This document shows positions 25,748 to 32,000 of a DNA stretch of 32,000 bases, one piece after another. The notes under the pieces are model-generated. The model did not search any database. It had not been told where the DNA came from and saw nothing but the letters and a program-made list of their open reading frames with translations. How positions within the stretch are numbered: position 1 is the stretch's first letter; each line of letters opens with the position of its first letter. A program made the translations under genes and the position numbers. The stretch is taken from contig JAJRZD010000016.1 of NCBI GenBank assembly GCA_024275415.1, forward strand, positions 15,067 through 47,066, written 5' to 3'. Origin of the DNA: an archaeon (GTDB lineage Archaea; Asgardarchaeota; Thorarchaeia; Thorarchaeales; Thorarchaeaceae).

Positions 25748-25804
25748 CTGATAAGCCAGTTAAGCTAGGTGCTTATCCTGGGTTCAAATCCCGGCCTCAG
25801 CGCC
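25748..25804 (+). pseudogene. tRNA-Ser-like 3' half (orphan or degenerate tRNA)
   Basis: T-arm CTGGG-TTCAAAT-CCCGG, long variable arm TAAGC-TAGGT-GCTTA, acceptor strand CCTCAGC + G73 + CC; no well-pairing 5' half adjacent. Confidence 0.55.
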
Positions 25805-25940
25805 TAGCCCCACTCTATATGCCTTATAAACAAAAAGCAGTTGACCAAAGCTAGCGGGGTAGAGATGCTGTCGTCCGAAAACCTCACAATGATATCTTGT
25901 TTCATTTTCATGTCAGTTGTGTCAATAATAAGGTTGCTGA

Positions 25941-27827
25941 TTAGAGCCTGAGTGTGAAGATATACTCCTCGTCAGCAATGCTCATCTTGCTTTCCACGAC
26001 CTTCCCTGTCTTATGGATGAACCTGATCATTCGGTGGTTTTGCGGATGCACATAAGCAATGAATGCGTCCACACCTTTGCTCTTTGCAATCCTCATCAGG
26101 TGGTTCAAGAGGAACGTGCCGATTCCCTTTCCCTGATACTGGTCCTGTACGAGTAGTGCGAACTCAGCTTGGTTCGTGTTACGATTCAGCAGATACCTTC
26201 CGGCTCCGATTATCCTCTCTGATTCCTTGTCATCATCAGGATGGATTGTGGCGACAATGGAGATGTCAGCATCCTGGTCAACATTATAAAAATCCTGCAA
26301 AGTCTGTCGTCTTAGACTCCTTAATGGCGTCAAGAACCTGAAGTAGATACTCTCCTCAGAGAGGTCGTAGAACAACTCCTTTATCCTGTCAGCATCATCA
26401 GGTCTTATCAGTCTGAGATGTACTTCCACAAGGCCATCTGCCCCCTCGAAGGTTTCGCGTGTTTCATACTCGGTAGCGAAATACGTTCCCTTCACTTGGA
26501 AGGGCACTTGGTCCTCGAAGACATAGCGCATCTTTTTCGCCGCGTCCAGAAGATCATTCCTGAACTTAGGATGTGCAATGGCAATCAATGAGAGGACACG
26601 CTCTCGGATCGTCTTGCCATGCAAATTCGCTAGCCCATACTCGGTTATGATGACATCAACGTCCCCTCTTGTCGTGACGACTCCGGCTCCTTCGCTCAGT
26701 CTTGGGACAATCCTTGAGACCTGTCCTTCCATGGCAGTGGACTGGATGCAGATTATGGCCTTTCCACCTGGTGACCGAGATGCCCCACGGATGAAGTCTA
26801 CCTGTCCACCAATCCCACTGTAGAACTTGTGACCAATGGAATCGGCACATACCTGGCCGGTCAGGTCTATCTCCAGTGCTGAATTGATAGCAATCATCTT
26901 CTTGTTCTGTCCAATGACATAAGGGTCGTTGACATATTCGCTCGGCAGGAACTGGAAGAAAGGATTATTGTCGATGTAATCATAGAGCTTCTTGGTGCCC
27001 ATCGCAAAGCTAGCAATGACCTTGCCGCGATGGATGGTCTTTGCCCGGTTCGTGACAATCCCGTTCTCGATGAGCGGGACAAGGCTATCACTGAACATCT
27101 CAGTATGAATCCCTAAATCGTGCACACCAATCTCCAGCAGGCTGTTGCAGACTGCCTGAGGCAGAGCACCAATACCAAGTTCAAGTGTGGATTCGTTCTC
27201 AATCAACCTTGCAACATAGGAGCCAATGAGCGATATCGTTTCGTCGCCCTCATTCGCTTCGAACTCGCGGAGTGGCTCTGTATATGGTACTAGATGGTCG
27301 ATATCGCTGACATTGATGAACGAGTCCCCATGTGTGACAGGCATATTGTCGTTGACCTGTGCGATGACCATATCGGCACTCTCTGCACCAGATTTTGTGA
27401 TATCCACCGATATCCCCAGCGAGCAATAACCATGCTCGTCCGGTGGGCTGACCTGTATCATTGCAACGTCAATCGGCATCTGTTTAGACCTGAATAGTCG
27501 GGGGATGTCTGAAAGCATGATTGGCGAATAGTCGGCTCTTCCTTCCGCGACTGCACTACGGATATTTTCTGACACGAAGAAGGTGTTGTGTCTGAACTGC
27601 TCTTGGAATCTGGGATCTGCTGATGGCGTATCTCCCAATGTCAGAAGGTGTACTATTTCATTATCTGACATGTGGTTTGCATACTTGGCAAGTTCCTGCA
27701 CCAAATGGTATGGGACTCCACAACCGGTGCCTAGAAAGATGCGCGAACCACGTTTTATCTTCCTGATCGCACTGTCCGCAGTCAGAATCTTCTTCTTGTA
27801 TCGCTCTGTCCACTTTGATCCGGTCAC
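25941..27827 (-). CDS. Acetyl-CoA hydrolase/CoA-transferase (4-hydroxybutyrate CoA-transferase-like) fused to a C-terminal Pat-type GNAT
   Basis: LGIHTEMFSD (catalytic Glu), GIGGQVDFIRGA, TEYG; GNAT SIYFRF...AEFALLVQDQYQGKGIG. Confidence 0.92.
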   Translation of the reverse strand: MTGSKWTERYKKKILTADSAIRKIKRGSRIFLGTGCGVPYHLVQELAKYANHMSDNEIVHLLTLGDTPSADPRFQEQFRHNTFFVSENIRSAVAEGRADYSPIMLSDIPRLFRSKQMPIDVAMIQVSPPDEHGYCSLGISVDITKSGAESADMVIAQVNDNMPVTHGDSFINVSDIDHLVPYTEPLREFEANEGDETISLIGSYVARLIENESTLELGIGALPQAVCNSLLEIGVHDLGIHTEMFSDSLVPLIENGIVTNRAKTIHRGKVIASFAMGTKKLYDYIDNNPFFQFLPSEYVNDPYVIGQNKKMIAINSALEIDLTGQVCADSIGHKFYSGIGGQVDFIRGASRSPGGKAIICIQSTAMEGQVSRIVPRLSEGAGVVTTRGDVDVIITEYGLANLHGKTIRERVLSLIAIAHPKFRNDLLDAAKKMRYVFEDQVPFQVKGTYFATEYETRETFEGADGLVEVHLRLIRPDDADRIKELFYDLSEESIYFRFLTPLRSLRRQTLQDFYNVDQDADISIVATIHPDDDKESERIIGAGRYLLNRNTNQAEFALLVQDQYQGKGIGTFLLNHLMRIAKSKGVDAFIAYVHPQNHRMIRFIHKTGKVVESKMSIADEEYIFTLRL

Positions 27828-27991
27828 TTGACTCCCTCAGCTCAACACTGCTCTATCAACTTTCATCATATATCCCTTTTTTCAAGGAGCTTTTCTCAGA
27901 TACGCATTAGTTAGTCGCTGTCGGAAGCCTTTTAGTCAGGTTATTTTGCCAGCTCGAACAAGATTCGACAGTCTTCAAGGTGAAGATAATC

Positions 27992-29263
27992 ATGTCTGAG
28001 AATATTGGAAACCGTTACCTCGTTATTGTGGGTGCACTACTGGTGCAGTTGTGTCTGGGGTCGATCTATGCATGGTCGTTCTTCCAGACTGCGCTCAATG
28101 GTGGGAAAGATGCCATAGGTATCTACTTATGGCCCTCCTTTTACACTCAACTACCATTTGCAGCCGGACTAGCATCATTCGCGCTTTTCATGATTTTTGC
28201 AGGAAGATGGCAGGATCGTGTGGGTCCAAGGAAGGTCGCTACTATTGGCGGCATTCTTCTTGGTGCTGGATATATCCTCGCTTGGCTCACTGATATCATT
28301 GCTGGAACTGATGCTGTGATTGGCACCATCTGGCTGATTATTACATATGGTATCATAGGCGGTGCTGGCATTGGGTTTGCCTATGTGTGCCCAATAGCAG
28401 CATTAGTAAAGTGGTTCCCTGATAAGAAAGGTGCAATTACTGGCATCGCAGTAGCTGGTTTTGGAGCTGGTGCACTTGTATTCGGTTATGTCGAGCAATT
28501 CCTATTGGGGCTGTATAATGTACCCGCAACAGCAGCAATTGGTCAGCCGTTCCTGATCCTAGGTATCATCTATCTCGTGCTTGTTGTGCTTGGTTCTCAA
28601 CTATTGACTGATCCTCCTGAGGGTTGGCTCCCAGAGGGCTTCACTCCTCCACCCGCCACCGCTGATGGTGCCGGCACTGGTGTCATGCCCGGTGAGATGA
28701 TCAAGACCTCAACCTTCTGGCTTCTCTGGCTTATGTTCGTCTTTGCAGCCACTGCCGGTCTGATGACCCTCGGTAATGTCAAGAGTGCAGCTCTTGCAAT
28801 TGATCCTCTAGCCAACGCAGTCATCATCGTTGGTGTCATGAGCCTTCTGAATGCTGCTGGAAGAATCGTTTGGGGTGCCGTTTCGGACAAGATTGGTCGT
28901 GAGAATACTATGATCACAATGTTTCTCGTCCTTGCGATAGGTATGTTTGCATTTGCATGGATGTCCACTATCACCATTAGCTGGATAGCTGTAATGGGCA
29001 TTGCATCCTTGATTGGCTTCTGCTTCGGCGGCAACTTCGCCCTCTTCCCCTCTGCAACTGCTTACTTCTTTGGCAGTAAGAATGTTGGTAAGAACTATGG
29101 TGTGATGTTCACCGCATACGGTATTGCAGGTATCACTGGTGCCTTCGTTGCCGGGCCAATTGTTGATGCGACCGGTTCTTACTTCCTTGCATTCGTCGTC
29201 ACAGGTATCCTAGCAATCATCGCAGTAGTATTCACCTTCGTCCTTAAGATGACGCGCAAATAA
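27992..29263 (+). CDS. MFS transporter, OFA (oxalate/formate antiporter-like) family
   Basis: LCLGSIYAWS, DRVGPR, GIGFAYVCP, KWFPDKKG, GKNYG; 12 TMs; ATG 27992 after AAGGTGA. Confidence 0.92.
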   Translation: MSENIGNRYLVIVGALLVQLCLGSIYAWSFFQTALNGGKDAIGIYLWPSFYTQLPFAAGLASFALFMIFAGRWQDRVGPRKVATIGGILLGAGYILAWLTDIIAGTDAVIGTIWLIITYGIIGGAGIGFAYVCPIAALVKWFPDKKGAITGIAVAGFGAGALVFGYVEQFLLGLYNVPATAAIGQPFLILGIIYLVLVVLGSQLLTDPPEGWLPEGFTPPPATADGAGTGVMPGEMIKTSTFWLLWLMFVFAATAGLMTLGNVKSAALAIDPLANAVIIVGVMSLLNAAGRIVWGAVSDKIGRENTMITMFLVLAIGMFAFAWMSTITISWIAVMGIASLIGFCFGGNFALFPSATAYFFGSKNVGKNYGVMFTAYGIAGITGAFVAGPIVDATGSYFLAFVVTGILAIIAVVFTFVLKMTRK

Positions 29264-29280
29264 CCGAACACATTTCGTGC

Positions 29281-29323
29281 GAGGTCCGGGATCCTGTCCT
29301 GGCCCTCCATCCTTTTTCTTTAT
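29281..29323 (+). terminator. Putative terminator after the MFS gene
   Basis: GC-rich imperfect hairpin 29281-29307 followed by a T-rich tract. Confidence 0.4.
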
Positions 29324-29454
29324 CATCCACAGCCTGTCGAAATAAACTTCGACAATCCCCTGTTTTCGAAGGGAATTTCGTCCGCGTTGAATAGATTTAT
29401 TTACACCCTTTTTTCCGCCGAGCTAGAGTTTCACTATACGTTAGGTGATTCCTA

Positions 29455-31458
29455 TTGTCCGATGAAAAGAAGATTCAAGTCACATCTCAGGAAGAACGGC
29501 GATTTCCGCCCTCTCCCGAGTTCGTTGCCAAGGCTTACATCAAGAGCCATGAGGAACGAATGAAGATCTGGAAGGAGAGCGTCGAGAATCCCGACAAGTT
29601 CTGGTTGGACATCGCTACTAGCGACCTGTTCTACTGGAAGAAACCCCCTACCAAAGGCTTCGAATGGAAGTCCAAGGAGGAAATCACGTTCACTTGGTTC
29701 GAGGACGGCGTCACAAACATGGCATACAACTGCCTTGACAAGTGGGTTGAGAAAGGTAAGGGTGACAAGATAGCCCTGATCTGGCAGGGCGACCCCCTCG
29801 ACGAGCACAAGACCTACACCTTCAGCGAACTCACCACTGAGGTCAAGAAGGCAGCCAACGTCCTGAAGAACCTCGGAATCAAGAAAGGCGATACTGTCAC
29901 CATCTACCTTCCCATGATCCCCGAACTCGTCATCCTCATGCTCGCTTGCGCCCGCATCGGTGCCATCCATAGCATCGTCTTCGGCGGCTTCACCGCTGAC
30001 TCCCTCAAAGACCGCATCGAGGACTGTCAGAGCAAACTCCTCATCACCGCTGACGGCTACTACCGTAACGGCAAGAACATCCCTCAGAAGAAGAACGCCG
30101 ATGTCGCTCTGGAGAACACTCCCGTCGTCGAGAAAGTCCTCGTCGTCAACCGCATGGGCGACAAGATCGAAACCCCATGGACCGAAGGGCGCGATGTCTG
30201 GTTCCATGACGAACTAGAGAAAGTGGACGACAACTGCGAGCCCGAATGGATGAACGCTGAAGACCCACTCTTTATCCTCTACACCTCGGGTTCCACTGGC
30301 AAACCGAAAGGTGTCCTCCATACTACCGGCGGATACATGGTCTACACTGCACATACCTTCAAGCACATCTTCGACTACCACGAGGACGATGTCTACTGGT
30401 GTACCGCCGACATCGGCTGGATCACTGGACACAGCTACATCACCTACGGGCCCCTCTGTGCTGGAGCCACTACTATCTCTTTTGAAGGAACACCAACAGC
30501 TGGAGTTGATAAAGCAGCCCGTTTCTGGTATGAAGTCCAACGCTGGAAAGTCAACCAATTTTACACAGCTCCAACCGCTATTAGAGCGATAATGAAATTT
30601 GGCGACGAGCCTGTAAAGGAGTACGACCTGTCCAGTCTCAACCTCCTCGGTACGGTAGGCGAGCCCATTAATCCCGAAGCGTGGATGTGGTACCATGAGG
30701 TCATTGGGCAAGGTAGATGTCCTATCGTTGACACATATTGGCAGACTGAAACAGGAGGCGTTATCATGACCCCTCTCCCTGGAGCGACTGATACTATCCC
30801 TGGTTCATGCACATTCCCGTACTTTGGTGTGGATCCTATCATCCTTGCCGAGGACGGCACACCAGTTGGTGCGAACGAGGGTGGGTACTTTTGCATGCGC
30901 AAGCCTTGGCCTGGTCTGATGAGGACGGTCTATGGCGACCACAAGCGTTTCAAGGACACGTACTGGGTCCAGTTCAAGGATCCCGAGACCGGCGATCCCA
31001 TTTACTACACGGGCGATGGTGCGCGCCGCAACGAGGACGGTTACCACTTCGTGATGGGCCGACTCGATGATGTCCTGAAGGTGTCCGGCCACCGTTTGGG
31101 AACTGCAGAGATTGAGAGTGCGTTGGTCAAGCACCCAGCTGTTGCTGAGGCTGCTGTTGTTGGATTCCCACACGAGATCAAAGGTGAGGATATCTATTGC
31201 TTCGTCACGTTGAAGCTTGGTGTCGAGAAGACCGACGACCTGAGGCAGGAGCTCCGGATGCATGTCCGCAGTGAAATTGGTCCGATAGCGACCCCTGCGA
31301 AGATCCAGTTTGCCGATGCGTTGCCCAAGACCCGGAGTGGCAAGATCATGAGGCGTATCCTCAAGAAGATCGCAGCCGGTCAGGTCGATGACCTTGGGGA
31401 CACTTCCACACTGGCAGACCCGAGCGTCGTGGATGCGCTTGTCGCAGACAGGCAATAA
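29455..31458 (+). CDS. acs: AMP-forming acetyl-CoA synthetase
   Basis: YTSGSTGKPKG, CTADIGWITGHSY, GTVGEPIN, WQTETGG, GRLDD, LPKTRSGKIMRR; TTG after AGGTGA. Confidence 0.97.
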   Translation: MSDEKKIQVTSQEERRFPPSPEFVAKAYIKSHEERMKIWKESVENPDKFWLDIATSDLFYWKKPPTKGFEWKSKEEITFTWFEDGVTNMAYNCLDKWVEKGKGDKIALIWQGDPLDEHKTYTFSELTTEVKKAANVLKNLGIKKGDTVTIYLPMIPELVILMLACARIGAIHSIVFGGFTADSLKDRIEDCQSKLLITADGYYRNGKNIPQKKNADVALENTPVVEKVLVVNRMGDKIETPWTEGRDVWFHDELEKVDDNCEPEWMNAEDPLFILYTSGSTGKPKGVLHTTGGYMVYTAHTFKHIFDYHEDDVYWCTADIGWITGHSYITYGPLCAGATTISFEGTPTAGVDKAARFWYEVQRWKVNQFYTAPTAIRAIMKFGDEPVKEYDLSSLNLLGTVGEPINPEAWMWYHEVIGQGRCPIVDTYWQTETGGVIMTPLPGATDTIPGSCTFPYFGVDPIILAEDGTPVGANEGGYFCMRKPWPGLMRTVYGDHKRFKDTYWVQFKDPETGDPIYYTGDGARRNEDGYHFVMGRLDDVLKVSGHRLGTAEIESALVKHPAVAEAAVVGFPHEIKGEDIYCFVTLKLGVEKTDDLRQELRMHVRSEIGPIATPAKIQFADALPKTRSGKIMRRILKKIAAGQVDDLGDTSTLADPSVVDALVADRQ

Positions 31459-31467
31459 ATCAGTGTA

Positions 31468-31504
31468 GAGAGTGGGCGTTCGCCCCTCTCATCCCTCTCT
31501 TTTT
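31468..31504 (+). terminator. Putative terminator after acs
   Basis: GAGAG-T-GGGC-GTTC-GCCC-CTCTC hairpin then a pyrimidine/T-run. Confidence 0.55.
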
Positions 31505-32000
31505 CGTCGGTTCTATCATTTGTAGTGCACCAGCATGTTTCTCTGGGATGGCAAGCATTTTCAGAATGACTCCAACTATAGAAACCAGAATCCAATGATT
31601 TAGTTCTCAAAATAAGACATCGCGTATCAGAATCGAATGATTAAACGGTTTGATATCCGAGAAAGCAGTCAATTCTACACAGCTCCCACATATTGTGTAG
31701 TGTCGACTCGGGCCCCAATTTGAGGTAACGATATTGAACTGGAGTCGCACTGCAGCTATGACCTATGCGAATCGTATCATGCCCACATATCAGTACTCAC
31801 TCCAACCTTCTCGTTACGGCGATGACAAGTTCAAGAATGCATACAAGCCTATGAGGGACAGGTATCAATTGAATTGATTTTTCAGGCTTAATCCTTCAAT
31901 GTATATCTCCTAGTATGTCAAATCCAGTACGATATTGTTCCGATAACGACCTACGAGAAGACCCAGTTCGCTGATGTATTGCCCAAGATACGAAGCGATA

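Noticed and set aside
25660-25860. SRP RNA, RNase P RNA or tRNA-Sec for the structured region
   Set aside because: No SRP helix-8 motif, no RNase P conserved regions, no TCA anticodon or 9/4 stem; a tRNA-Ser-like 3' half fits better
29452-31455. Long antisense ORFs (251, 165, 216 aa) opposite acs, and similar ones opposite other ATPase and transporter genes
   Set aside because: Expected shadows of a C-ending codon bias in the sense gene; no motifs
31505-32000. Coding potential in the last 500 bp (plus-strand frame broken by stops; possible minus-strand gene end ...RYRNNIVLDLTY* at 31911)
   Set aside because: Cannot be resolved at the window edge; no motif supports either reading
1-32000. 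CRISPR arrays, IS elements, rRNA, tandem repeats
   Set aside because: None seen on reading both strands

Overview
This is an archaeal window: it has BHB-intron tRNAs, SRP19, Gar1, Trm1, a TFE-beta/RPC34-like protein and GGAGG/GGTGA ribosome-binding sites. The gene set and small Zn-ribbon protein suggest an Asgard (Thorarchaeota-like) genome, which is my inference. It has three parts. (1) 1-1033: the end of a GH13 alpha-glucosidase and a two-intron tRNA-Pro(TGG). (2) About 1078-15604: an accessory heavy-metal cluster. It holds a radical SAM/SPASM enzyme coupled to a Cys-motif protein of unknown function, a divergent MacB/LolD-type ABC system whose ATPase ends in a YHS/TRASH domain, and a CopZ-like chaperone. 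It also holds three P1B ATPases with different TM motifs (YPC, APC, CPH), an HMA-YHS fusion, a CmtR-type ArsR regulator and merA with an N-terminal NmerA domain. A TATATC-N6-GATATA palindrome is shared by the ABC and copB promoters. No integrase, transposase or att repeat is visible. (3) 15679-31458: core and metabolic genes (HTH regulator, pyrB, dCMP deaminase, srp19, gar1, TFE-beta-like, rlmE, trm1, cyclophilin, a divergent membrane pyrophosphatase, a TIM-barrel protein). This part also has tRNA-Ile(GAT) with a T-loop intron, an orphan tRNA-Ser-like 3' half, and an acetate module (CoA-transferase-GNAT fusion, OFA MFS, acs). All calls come from manual motif recognition; no database searches were run.
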